DNA of 64,000 nt from Tubiluchus corallicola (lineage: Eukaryota; Animalia; Priapulida), in assembly GCA_030141605.1 (NCBI GenBank), contig JAQGDQ010000065.1, positions 62,001 to 126,000 of the forward strand. The letters are read 5' to 3'. The position numbers and the translations under genes were made by a program. The notes below the pieces were generated by a model. It saw only the letters and a list, made by a program, of their open reading frames with translations. It searched no databases and was not told the origin of the DNA. Shown piece after piece: positions 35,090 to 46,258 of the stretch. Position 1 is the first letter of the stretch; every line of letters begins with the position of its first letter.

Positions 35090-35362
35090 GCACAATTTGT
35101 TTTGTCGACACAATTGTGCAAATTGTTTGGTAATCAACTGTCAAATTGTTGTCAAGCACAACAGCTGCACCAGTTGTCAAGACAACTGCACAACTTGTTA
35201 AGGCAACAACCAACTGTACAAATTATTTTTTCAAGAGAACAACTGCACAACTTGTTTTGACAAGACAACAGTTGCACAACTTGTTTTGTCAGAAACTTGT
35301 TTTTTCAAGACAACAACTGCACAACTTGTTTTGTCAGGATAACAACTGAACAACTTGTTTTG
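35090..35362 (-). repeat. About 29-bp decaying tandem array derived from the C7orf50 C-terminal codons and stop
   Basis: caaaacaagttgttcagttgttatcctga (coding) is followed by caaaacaagttgtgcagttgttgtcttga and progressively worse copies. Confidence 0.85.
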
Positions 35363-35407
35363 CTCGAAGAAGTTTAGCTTCCATGTTCAGAGTTTCGTTA
35401 GCACAGC
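35334..35407 (-). CDS. C7orf50: C7orf50-like terminal coding exon
   Basis: tgtttcag acceptor; CANETLNMEAKLLRAKQVVQLLS then TGA. Confidence 0.9.
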
Positions 35408-38400
35408 CTGAAACAGAAGTAAATTGTGACCATGGAAATCAATGCAGAACAAGGCAAACCATAATAAAGTTTCACCAAAAAAGTTCTTGTTGGTGATAAT
35501 TGTGAGCCGTCTTTTAGCAGTTCCGAGATGACTGCAAACCATAATAAAGTTTCACCAGAAAAGTTCTTGTTGGTGATAATTGTGAGCCGTCTTTTAGCAG
35601 TTCCGAGACGACTGCAAACCATAATAAAGTTTCACCAAAAAAGTTCTTGTTGGTGATAACTGTGAGCCGTCTTTTAGCAGTTCCGAGACGAGTTACTTTA
35701 TTGTGCCAATCATTGAATGACTGCCAGTTATTTAACAACCACTGACACTGAGAAACGTAATGAAACAAACAGTGTCCAGCACATTCTATTTTCGGTATAC
35801 CTCGGTATTTGGAACTGCTTTGGATGTATAGTTCGAGCTTTCGTAAGTAATTTTGTTTGTTCAGCGATGAAAAGGGAGCCGAAAAAAAGGCGAAATAAAA
35901 TTTCTACCTGCAATCTGCTTGCTTTTTTCGTCCATAGATGGCACCACAGCACTATCATCCGAGTCCTGATCGCAGGACTGAAGAATGTTCTCCGCCGTGG
36001 TAACCGTCTGTGTTCTTGCCTTCCCTTGTAAGCCTTTCAGATATTCGAGCAACATTGTAAAATCTTTTTCCTGTACCTAAAAGCACAATTATTAAGCAAT
36101 ATACATATACTATGTATACATATGTACATATATGTGTATATATATATATATATATACAATTTCATATAATTCATTAAAAATGTACAATTTTTAATAGTCA
36201 ACAAATTTAGTATATACAGTCAACCTCGGGTATAAGGTACTCGCTTATAAGTGACATCCAACACTGGTCCCGATTTTTCCTAACGTTTTTCCTATGTAAA
36301 AATCTTCGTATATAAGGTACTCGGATATAAGGGACTTTTGGTTATAAGAGACGGTATCCTCAGGTCCCGCGTAATACAAACCCAGGTAAATTACCTCGCA
36401 TATAACGGATGCTATGTTCAAAGCGAAATTGATAGATTTTTAACTTCAATTTTTCGCAAACTCGGCCTTCGAACAGCACTTAGGTAACACGGCTTACAGT
36501 GTTGCATAATGTCAAGAAACCAGTATATGGACAGTACATTGTTTTTAGTTGAATACTGATCACACATCATACATTGAGCGCAGAATCTAGCCTTACCTTT
36601 TCACTGTACATGTTCTGTAGTAGCCACACCTGACGTACCTTGCAAAACTTCCAGTTGTCTTTGTCATTAATAAAACTCTTCAGGTATTTTAGTGCGAGGT
36701 CGCAAACCGGTTTACCTGAAATACCAAAGCGGTTCAGAATGCTTTTATCATTTGAGGTATAGACAAATTTCTGAACTGCAGGCGGTACCTCGCCGAGAAA
36801 GGCTAAAACTACCCAGGTTGGTCCTGTAAGCCAAGCAGTCTATAACTCTTCTGACGTCCATCCACAAAACAACAGAATCATGCGTAAGAAAAACGATACA
36901 TTTATACCCTTAATACAGGCCGCTCCTAAATTTCAAATTTACCGCTGTTCTCAGGCATGAGCTGTCGAACGTGTGTAATACGTCACAAACTAACACATCT
37001 GAACTGAAAGGTACAGCACTTGTTTTTGTATAATGCATTTCCAAAATGCAGGCACAGGTGCCCGTATAACTAACAAATGGCAAAATGCATGTAACAGCGA
37101 AGAACTAGTGGCGTGAACATGAAATTGTGCTTGTGTGGTAATAATTCTTTCACGTAAGTCATTTTTGCAAAAAATAATAGCTTTCTTTTCAGCATTTTAA
37201 AGAGTAGATTGTTTTGACCTGCAGTTTAAGATTGAGTCCAGTTTTGCTTTAAAAGAAACGACATTAAAAACACTACAAATGTTCAGTCAGAAGTCAGTCA
37301 GGCAGTCATTGAGTGAACTAAACAATCATTCCATAAACAATCAACCACTAATTAATAATTAACTAATTAATAACAGACAAACAATAATTAATAATTAAGA
37401 GACATTTTCCTGCAATTTTACTACAGGTTCGGAACATTCTGACCACAAGCATATCTATAATGTCGACAGTTAAACGTAATTTACCCCGTAATTGAGCGAC
37501 TTTTTCCGCTTCCTTTTGCAGTTTCTTCTTCCTCCGCTTCTCCCGCTTCTTTTCCCGAATTTTCTCCTTCAGCTGTCTTTCGGCAGCATCAGCGCTAGAG
37601 ATTTCGTGACCAGCAGTTTCATCAGTTGGTCGGTTTGGAAGCGAATGATCAGTTTCTACAAAAAAACTCCATGATACAGTATACTATTGCACATTTAAAG
37701 GACAAGAAAGGAGGCACCCGAAGTCCGTTTCGCAAAAATCGCCTTAAAAAATTATATTACTTTATAACAATATATCTTACTCACGTTAAAAGAAATCTTT
37801 GTTTGTTTTCATTTTAAATTTCCCGCAATACTGTTCTGACGGCGCCATTACATGACGTCATACACGCACAATGTAAATCAGGGGAAGAAAAGGAAACGTT
37901 AAATTATGTCCAAAAAACTTTCCATGCAAAGATATATTACTTAGCTGCTGGAAAGACTTATGTAACTAGGAATAATAATTTAAAATGTTCGTGCCAATTG
38001 GTAAAATGTCGCTGACTCACCGTCCAGGGTGCGCCACTTAGTAGCCAAAAACTTATTTTTAATCTTATTGACAAGATACAGTAATTTAAAATTTTACTTA
38101 ATTAGCAGCATGTGTGCTACGAATGCTCTGATTGTTTTTTCAAACTTTACTCAATGTTATCTGCGCTTGTATCAAATGATTTACCATCAAAATGGCTGCA
38201 CATAATGTTCGTCGCAGGAGTTTAAATTTACATGTTTTATACAGAGTTACTGCTGACGCAAGCCCTGCATGCAAAAAGGCGACTTTCCAGAAGAATTTTT
38301 TAACCTTCGTGTAAGTGGAGGGTTTTCTTGTGCTTTAAGTCCTCGTTTTAAACTGATCAACAAGTAAATTAACGTACTTAAGCAACATTTATTAATCTGC

Positions 38401-40794
38401 CTACAGAACTTTTGCCATAAAACCAATTACGCAAAAGGGCGTTCTCATATTCATTTCACCTGCTGCCCTCTGTAGGTCAAAATAACAAATAATATTATGC
38501 ACAAGCATATAATTTACCTGTAGATTGAGGACTTTTCCCAGTTTTCTTTCCCAGTTTCTTTTCGCGTTTCTTTCTGCCAGACTCCTTCCTTTGCTTTTCG
38601 ACTGCATCTTCGGTCGTCATGGTAACGTCGGCATGATTTTCGGTAGCATCCAGACAAGAACTACCTCCTGTTAAAAAAGTTATCCATGCATAACTCAAAG
38701 GTGCATCAGTTTTTTGATCATTCAATATTAATTTTAGAGATGGCGACACTAGTATTATAAATAAAGCTAGCAAGAGTACATTGCATGTAGTGCAGTGACA
38801 TCTATTGTCAAGAAAGAGAAAGTACAGAAAGTCTTCACTTAAAGACGCTAATGCGAACGAACAAGTAGGGAGCAAAGATGTATGTACTTACAATAGACAC
38901 ATAATATAGGCATATAATGACGGCAGTGTTTACATTGCTAGTGTGTTTTTAAAACATAATTCAATATGTACTGTTTTAATGCATTAAAGTAAGTAAAAAA
39001 AGCTGTTGATAAAATAAAAACTGGCTTTGTGTAAAGCAGAAAAATAGTCGTTAAAGTGAAACACGTGTCATTGAGTGAAAAAAATCGTTGTTAAAGCGAA
39101 ACATGTGTCGTTAAGTGAAAAAAATCGTTGTTGAAGAGAAACATGTGTCATTGAGTGAAAAAATCGTTGTTAAAGCGAAACATGTGTCATTGAGTGAAAA
39201 AATTGTTGTTAAAGCGAAACATGTGTCATTGAGTGAAAAAAAATCGTTGTTGAAGTGAAACATGTGTCATTGAGTGAAAAAATTGTTGTTAAAGCGAAAC
39301 ATGTGTCGTTAAGTGAAAAAAAATCGTTGTTGAAGTGAAACAGGTCCCATTTAATGAAAAAATTGTTGTTAAAGTGAAACACGTGTCGTTAAGTAAAAAA
39401 ATAGTTGTTAAAGTGAAACACGTGTCGTTGAGTGAAAAAAAATCGTTTTTGAAGTGAAACAAGTGTCACTGAGTGAACAGAATCGTTGTTAAAGTGAAAC
39501 ATGTGTCGTTAAGTGAAAAAATCACTGTTAAAGTGAAACATGTGTCGTTAAGTGAAAAAAGGTGTCAAATGTTCAGCGTTCTTAAAACTAAACATCGCTA
39601 AACGGGGAGTCGTTAAGTGAGGACTTCCAGTACTATAAGCTAACTGTTCTTTAAACTAATGTCGCACTGAAACTCCCCAGGCAGTTTGTGGATTTAAACA
39701 ATCTAGTTTTGCTCTTTTGACACTCATGGAAACGTTGAACTCTTGAGTCGTAAACCGTCACCTCGTTTCTTTTGTTTTTGCAATTTTCGTCTCCTCTTCC
39801 TGTATTCCTCGGTTTTTGTGGAATCTTCGCCGGGAGATTCATGAGACATTTTTAGATCATTTCTCATTTCAGCACCTAGGATATTCAAACAGAAAAATAA
39901 GAATTTCATTGGGAAGAGACAGCAAGCAGAATTTCTTATTGAAGTTTAACACTCAGTCCTAAAGTTTGCAGGTCACGTAGTGGTCAGCAACTGACCAGTG
40001 TCATGATTACCACGTTAATTTGTAACCCTAACCTCAAAACAGACAAATTATCATAAGCCAATTGAGAGCTTAAAATTCTCAAGTTCGATAATCCAGCTAA
40101 ACTCATTTAAATCTTCAAGTTTTGCGGTTGTAAATGAATTCTGGAACGGTAAACTTACGTGCAAAAAATATTACGTTTTTGAAGTGTACATAGGAAAAGT
40201 ACATTGAAAATTCATAGAGTGACTGTCTGAGGAATGAGTCTACGATTCCCCACACAATTTAAATACCCTAACCTTAACCTCAATCTTATCCCAAACCCTA
40301 GCACTAACCCAAACCCAAACCCTACCGTATATTTTGGAGAAAATGTATATTTTGAACAGTAAATTAAAATGAGATTGAGTCTAATCAATCGTTCGGTTTT
40401 CCTTTAACTTATTCCTTGACAGTATTCCTTATTCCATGTGTGCACTTTTAAACATATATTTATTTATCTTACATCTTATCTAAGTAGTAAATAGGCTTAT
40501 ACAGATTTTATTAACAATCTTCTTCTGTTATTGTCGCTGATTCTCAATTCACCAAAAAAAAAACGTACTCATTTGTGCATGAAGTGAACAAAAACAAATT
40601 TTCATGCAGGTAATCTCAGGAATTGACCTACGTCCAGACCACCTAAGCTGTAAATCGCCACACCACAGCAATATTTTAAAAAGCAAAGACGTACGGTCAT
40701 CCTCGCCATCTTTTGACTTCAACTTTTTTTCTTTGTGCCTTTTCTTTCTGCCGCTGTCACCATAGTCATCCGAGGGTCGCTTAATCTGCTTCAT
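35334..40794 (-). CDS. C7orf50: C7orf50/cholesin-like WKF (DUF2373) domain protein, 298 aa, Lys/Arg-rich N-terminus
   Basis: Minus-strand exons 40794-40695, 39875-39762, 38667-38518, 37655-37485, 36715-36597, 36076-35908 and 35407-35334 have GT-AG boundaries and compatible phases. They contain LALKYLKSFINDKDNWKFCKVRQVWLLQNMY...MLLEYLKGLQGKARTQTV and end RAKQVVQLLS*, matching the WKF domain and C-terminus of human C7orf50 as I recall it. An in-frame TGA lies upstream of the ATG. Confidence 0.92.
35455..35689. repeat. 80-bp tandem repeat, 3 copies (C7orf50 last intron)
   Basis: caaaccataataaagtttcacca three times. Confidence 0.93.
35908..36076 (-). CDS. C7orf50: C7orf50-like coding exon 6
   Basis: cttttag acceptor, g|gtagaa donor; DFTMLLEYLKGLQGKARTQTV. 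Confidence 0.92.
36597..36715 (-). CDS. C7orf50: C7orf50-like coding exon 5, WKF motif
   Basis: tttcag acceptor, aag|gtaagg donor; NWKFCKVRQVWLLQNMY. Confidence 0.93.
36945..37252 (+). mobile_element. Kolobok-like MITE family B, partial
   Basis: Similar to about 19390-19870; ends gattgagtccagttttgctTTAA. Confidence 0.7.
37485..37655 (-). CDS. C7orf50: C7orf50-like coding exon 4
   Basis: ttttgtag acceptor, g|gtaaat donor, 171 nt, phase 1-1; AERQLKEKIREKKREKRRKKK. Confidence 0.87.
38518..38667 (-). CDS. C7orf50: C7orf50-like coding exon 3
   Basis: ttttaacag acceptor, g|gtaaat donor, 150 nt, phase 1-1. Confidence 0.82.
39045..39560. repeat. About 39-bp minisatellite, about 13 copies
   Basis: Unit tcgttgttaaagtgaaacatgtgtcgttaagtgaaaaaa. 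Confidence 0.92.
39762..39875 (-). CDS. C7orf50: C7orf50-like coding exon 2
   Basis: cctag acceptor, g|gtgacg donor, 114 nt, phase 1-1; AEMRNDLKMSHESPGEDSTKTEEYRKRRRKLQKQKKR. Confidence 0.8.
40327..40407 (+). mobile_element. Kolobok-like MITE family A, terminal fragment
   Basis: gagattgagtctaatcaatcgttcggttttcctttaa matches the family A right end. Confidence 0.7.
40695..40794 (-). CDS. C7orf50: C7orf50-like first coding exon (MKQIKRPSDDYGDSGRKKRHKEKKLKSKDGEDD)
   Basis: Acceptor at 40826-40827, ATG at 40794, c|gtacgt donor, phase 1. Confidence 0.8.
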
Positions 40795-41199
40795 TCTGCT
40801 CTCTCACTTGTTGTGTTTCATATGACTAGTAAAAAATCACAAAAACGATGAAATAGTAGTACTACATAATAAGTATTTCTTTCTTGTAAAAGAGACATTT
40901 GAACTCCAAGGCAAAAGCTAAAACAGTTTGGGCATCTAATGTCATGATCTGCATACCTCACAAGTCTTAAACGTTCAATGTGCCTTAAATGTTAAACCGT
41001 TTGTGTGTTTTTCAAGCCCCTGCCATAAAACAAAAAAATATATATTAATTTAATAATATCATTATTGCAATGTTAGCATGGCTTTGCGAAGCACGCACTA
41101 GACAATATCTCACATCTTCAGTAATAGAAATGATATTTCTAAGCTGGAAAGATTTCGGTTATTGCTGCCCTGTAACGTCTCTAAACAGTTTTTAGACGG

Positions 41200-43220
41200 T
41201 ATGCTGCAAGGCGTAATGTGGTGAAAAACCTTATAACTACTGCGAGAAAAAGATATGAACGTATTTTAGCAAGTAATTGCAAGAGTAATCCCAAGGCATT
41301 CTGGCAGTATATCAATGCACTGCGGAAGCAAAAGTCTAGAATTCATTCACTGAAGAATTCCCAAGGTATTCTTGTCTCTGATTCAGAGGAGAAGGCACAA
41401 ATTTTGAACGATTTTTTCATTAGTGTATTCAGTCCCAATGCTCCTGACTATGAAGTAACTACAGTGCAACAATATCCTGATATCAACAATGTTTCCATAA
41501 CTGAAGAAGAGGTGCTTTATGAGTTACAAAATCTCAATGTAAACAAATCCGCTCCAGATAGTTACCATCCACGTATTTTAAATGAATGTAGAACTGTGCT
41601 TTTTAAGCCTATATACACCTTACTGGATAGGTCTTTTGCTGATTGTCAGTTACCTGAACAATGGAAGGTGGCACAGATTACTCCCATTCATAAAAAAGGG
41701 GACAAGTCAGATCCATCGAACTACAGGCCAGTTAGCTTACTAAATACAATTAATAAGGTGACAGAAAAAATCATGCGGAAACATATAATGAACCATCTGA
41801 TAAGATACAACATTATTTGTGAAGAACAACATGGGTTTGTTAAGGGTAGAACAACGGTTACCCAACTGTTACAATGTTACGATGCATGGTTTGAGTTAAA
41901 AGATGCTAATAAGCCTTTTGATATAATACTACTGGACCTGAAAAAGGCATTTGATGTTGTACCTCATCACTTTCTGTTTGCAAAACTTAAAAATTGTGGT
42001 ATAACTGGTTCAGTTTTACAGTGGATAGTAAACTTCTTAGAAAATAGAAGTCAATGTACTTGTGTTGATGGTTACAAATCGACTGAGTCCTTGATTACTA
42101 GTGGTGTACCGCAAGGTTCGGTATTAGGTCCGTGTTTATTTGTGGTATTTATAAATGACTTGCCTAGTTGTGTGAGAAATTCTCTTCGTCTTTTTGCCGA
42201 TGACAGCAAAATCTGGTCTGAATCTGATTCTTTTACCAGCTGTAATGATCTTCAATTGGATCTAGAAGGGCTCTGTGATTGGGCAGTTGAAAATGGTATG
42301 CAGTTCCATCTCAACAAGTGTAAGGTTGTATCTGTGGGAGCAGGATATGAGTATAAATACAAAATGTATGATGCAAGTGGCATTCCGGCAGAATTGGACT
42401 TTAGTGCTTGTGAGAAAGACCTTGGATTATTACTTGATAATAAACTAAATTTTAAAGATCACATAGCAGAAATCATAAAGAACGCCAAACGAAACAATGC
42501 TTTAATAAGGAGGAATTTCAAGTACCTAGATCTGCAAACTTTCAAGCTTCTATATGTGGCACTTGTGCGATCAAAAGTGGAGTATGGAAGTAGTATTTGG
42601 AATAGTCCTAGGGCATATATAGTGGACCCAGTCGAAACTGTCCAAATGAGAGCTTTCAACATGTTACCGGAACTAATGAACTTGACGTATGAAAGTCAGT
42701 TAAAACGAATAGGTTTAACTACATTAGCTTTTAGACGTTTACGTGGCCAACTAATTGATGTATACAAATATGTATCTGGAGTTTACAGCTGTGATGATTG
42801 TCCTGTTAAATTAGAAGTACATCGTACAGCAAGATCAGGTCCTATTCTTCATAAATCAAGAACTGCACACAAAACTGGTAAATACGACTATTTTCTTGTA
42901 CGATGCCAGAAATCTGGAATAGATTGCCCTGTGATGTGAGAACAGCAACATCTGTAAATTTATTTAAATCAAAATTAGATAGACACTATGAACATCATCC
43001 ATTGAAATTTAATCACCGTGCTAATTGGAACATGCCTATAACAAGGATGCTGGATTACATATTATAGTGAGAAAACTTGCCAGTGGAGTCACCTAGGTGT
43101 TGATGACAATCTATTGAATGTGCAATTTGTCGCAATTACAGTCGAAGAACTATTTGTCTCAAAAGTTATATTATAACTACTGGAGATTTACTACTACTNN
43201 NNCTACTACTAGTACTACTA
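41200..43220 (+). mobile_element. 5'-truncated CR1-like non-LTR retrotransposon (LINE)
   Basis: The 573-aa ORF carries NYRPVSL, QHGF, DLKKAFD, GVPQGSVLGP, LFADD and CEKDLG, but no endonuclease domain. After a frameshift near 42900 it continues WNRLPCDVRTATSVNLFKSKLD. There is an (ACT)n tail with Ns at about 43190-43220. Confidence 0.9.
41218..42939 (+). CDS. LINE ORF2 reverse transcriptase (partial, frameshifted near C-terminus)
   Basis: ORF track 573 aa with non-LTR RT motifs. Confidence 0.85.
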   Translation: MVKNLITTARKRYERILASNCKSNPKAFWQYINALRKQKSRIHSLKNSQGILVSDSEEKAQILNDFFISVFSPNAPDYEVTTVQQYPDINNVSITEEEVLYELQNLNVNKSAPDSYHPRILNECRTVLFKPIYTLLDRSFADCQLPEQWKVAQITPIHKKGDKSDPSNYRPVSLLNTINKVTEKIMRKHIMNHLIRYNIICEEQHGFVKGRTTVTQLLQCYDAWFELKDANKPFDIILLDLKKAFDVVPHHFLFAKLKNCGITGSVLQWIVNFLENRSQCTCVDGYKSTESLITSGVPQGSVLGPCLFVVFINDLPSCVRNSLRLFADDSKIWSESDSFTSCNDLQLDLEGLCDWAVENGMQFHLNKCKVVSVGAGYEYKYKMYDASGIPAELDFSACEKDLGLLLDNKLNFKDHIAEIIKNAKRNNALIRRNFKYLDLQTFKLLYVALVRSKVEYGSSIWNSPRAYIVDPVETVQMRAFNMLPELMNLTYESQLKRIGLTTLAFRRLRGQLIDVYKYVSGVYSCDDCPVKLEVHRTARSGPILHKSRTAHKTGKYDYFLVRCQKSGIDCPVM

Positions 43221-43564
43221 ACAAAATATCAAACAAGAAACAAACATACAAGACGAACAACAACAGCAGCAATAACGATGATTACATCAACAATAAAGCA
43301 GCAAATATAACATATTACTCATGAATAAGTGTTGGTCAATGCACAATCATAACAACGTGACTTTCGAATTTCCACAAAAGGTTCTGTCGCATTTAATGTT
43401 TGAGCTTGTTTCACAAACTTAATAAGGTTCACAGCTAACCACATTGCAAACACTTTTACTTAGAAAACTTTAGTTCTTTTGTCAATTATATATAATCTTC
43501 TACTTTAATTATATATTTTAAAAACACTTTTAACGAAGCAAAATAAAAGCCATTCAACATTTCT

Positions 43565-43615
43565 CCGTCGTGGTGGCGAAACTAATCAATCCCAGAGTTC
43601 CCTAGTGGCGTAGCA
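43565..43615. promoter_or_regulatory. Candidate promoter element upstream of the C7orf50-like gene
   Basis: GC-richer patch with ACTAATCAATCCCAGAGTTCC (ZNF143/Staf-like) overlapping CCCTAGTGGCG (CTCF-core-like); motif resemblance only. Confidence 0.25.
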
Positions 43616-43850
43616 GCAAAAGTAGGTAGGTTAATTCAATCCTGTTTCTTTACTACAGACCTTTCACAAGTTTGTGATAACCAAAGCTAACTTAGCACTA
43701 CGTAGATATTAAGGTCAGCTATTGGTGTTTGTTTTAAGAAAATACGAACAATATTTGAATATTGAATGCGTTGGTTATTAAAGACAAAAGTAAAAATTAT
43801 GCGTATATAATAACCAGATCAAAAGTAACTGGTACCGACTCAGTACTCAC

Positions 43851-45103
43851 TAGGGGTGAGCATTGAATGTTTGAGTTCTTATCGAATACGAATGTCCAAA
43901 TTCGATTCGAACAACTTTTTCGAATCCGACTTGGACTTGAAATTTTGCATTCAAATAATGTAGCACTTTCAACTACATAATTATTTTTTAACATTAAAAC
44001 ATTTGTTTTATCATGCAATCAGCACCAATTATGTGCGATTTCTGTGCACAATTTTTAAATATATTATTAGTGTTTTTACTGCAGAATAAAATTAAGTAAT
44101 ATGCATAATCCTTTTCACTTTAAATTTTTGTTTTAAAATAATTTAAAAAAAAATTTAAACAGTCAGCTATACTATAAAAATTACAATAGAAACTACTAAA
44201 AATATATACATATGCACACAGATGCAAAACATAATTGCACAACACAAATCATTAAAAAGTACAACACTCAGAGTCATAAAGCACAATAAAACTTACAGAT
44301 GTAAGAAGATAAAAGATGTTGATTTCACAATGGATACATAGTCTTTACTTGCTTTACTTTTCTTTATTAGTACAAAGATAAAGGTTTTATGAGTAATCGC
44401 AATGGCAATTGTAACGATAATGATAAAGGCTTTGCAGCCTATTCCCGGCCTTAATTAATTAAATGAAAATATTGCAGCACTTTTATCAGAGGCAATATGG
44501 CTGTAATATCACAGACTTTATGTTCTATTTTAAAGTTGCCATATCACTCATTTACACAGTAATAGTTGGCTGTGTCAGATAATCATAGTTAGTATAACAA
44601 AATATTAAATATTAGTGCAAATAAATTTCATTTTGCCTAAAGCTACCAAATTACAAATTGAATGGACAGTACAGTAGAGGATGGTCATTGAAAAATCTGT
44701 CCATTTTTGAAAGCAGTTACCGACTCAACTTCCACAACATGATTTGGTAGAGTTCCATGCATCTGTAACTCTGTTTGAAAAGAACTATTTTCTAATATCT
44801 AAGTGCACTTGCTGCTTATAAATTTTATAACCATGTCCTTTCGTCACAGACTCCACATGTACCTGTAGGTTCTTACTAGCCTGTACCAGTAGGTCCATAT
44901 AACATACTGTTTGTAAGACTATGTGTTTAAGAGTAAATATCCTTGTGAGACTGCTTTTTACTAATGGTTTGAAAATTTATTCGACATCGACAATCTGAAT
45001 TCGAATTAGATTCAGGTTCTAAATCTCGAAATTGGGTTGGATTCGAGTTTAAAAGCCACAAATTCGATTCGAATTCGCCTTCTAGTAGCGAATGCTCACC
45101 CTA
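43851..45103 (+). mobile_element. hAT-like MITE, diverged copy with about 0.8 kb of nested insertions
   Basis: TAGGGGTGAGCA...TGCTCACCCTA ends; the interior is interrupted at about 44130-44960. Confidence 0.7.
44690..44850 (-). mobile_element. CR1-like LINE C-terminal remnant nested in a MITE
   Basis: TKGHGYKIYK...FFSNRVTDAWN.LPNHVVEVESVTAFK on the minus strand. Confidence 0.6.
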
Positions 45104-46204
45104 TAGCGGTTCACTGAGATCATACAATGAGTTACTATCTCACGTTGATCTCATATCTTATAGTTGCAAGGATCCTAGCCAGTAGCCATGCATCAAGACG
45201 TGTTTCCATTAAATGAAGCGACGCCCCAAAACAGGATTCTCTGGACTTACAAAGCGTGCTGGTCGGTCCGAAAGGTTCAACCTAGGTTTATGGTCTCAAA
45301 CCCTGAGAAATTATGACGATTTGACGTATGGAGGACCCCAACTATGTGTATTAAGATTGGTACTGGCCGAGATATTACGCAGCACACTACAAATAGTTAA
45401 GTCTGCCATTAATACTACTAATTGAGGGAGTACTGTGCGTTGTGTCTGTCAATGTGAATAGTCGCCCACATTCTCTGTGTTTCTGTGATGTACAGAGCTA
45501 CTGATGCAGGCAAACACCTGTTTATTCACTTGTATATTTAAATATTCATTATTGATTACTATATTAAGCATTGTTTAGTATCTGATTCTCCCAGTAATAA
45601 TATCATTCGACATGCCACTTTTATGACACAGCACCCTTGGATCTGTAGTAATTGTGTATAATTATATACAATAACCATTCTTTTATGCAGCGATAATATA
45701 TTGCCTTTGCTTTAGACTCTATAATGATTCGTCTACATTTAACAAAGTTCTCTGTAATTATTATCTGTCCAAAAGTGGCTTGCTTATTGTACAAAATGTT
45801 TGTGACTATGCACATATGAGGACATTGGTAACGAAAGGTATCATGTGAGTATCATACAGCAACTTGTTTCTGATAAAATATCTCTGTAGCCTCAACAGGC
45901 AACACAAACGCAATAAACCAGTGAGCTAAAATATAAAAGCTCCAGGCTAAATATCTTCAATGACGAAAATAAATTTAACAATTGAAGCCAGAGAAGAGGT
46001 GAACTAGGTCACCTGACAGAAATTTCATAATGCAAGGAAGGTCACTTACCGAATCAAACTCTCTCACCACCCGCTCCTGTCTCGACTCTAACTGTTTGCC
46101 AAGTAAAATACAGAAAGATTCCACAAAAATATTTCCTGTAAAGTAGCTTTCCCACAAATCGCTTCTCCCCCCCTCTCTCTCTGATTTTCCCGCACCTGCA
46201 TGAC

Positions 46205-46258
<54 letters not shown>

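Noticed and set aside
35728-35750. Alternative C7orf50 terminal exon (VSVVVK*)
   Set aside because: An AG is present, but the exon at 35407-35334 gives the conserved QVVQLLS C-terminus. There is no other support.
40262-40325. Telomere-like (AACCCT)n tract
   Set aside because: It is short, degenerate and intronic; more likely a transposon-associated microsatellite.
43199-43202. NNNN run
   Set aside because: It is assembly ambiguity within the LINE's (ACT)n tail, not biology.
45600-45990. Possible decayed coding region
   Set aside because: The frames I translated have multiple stops and no motif I can assign with confidence.
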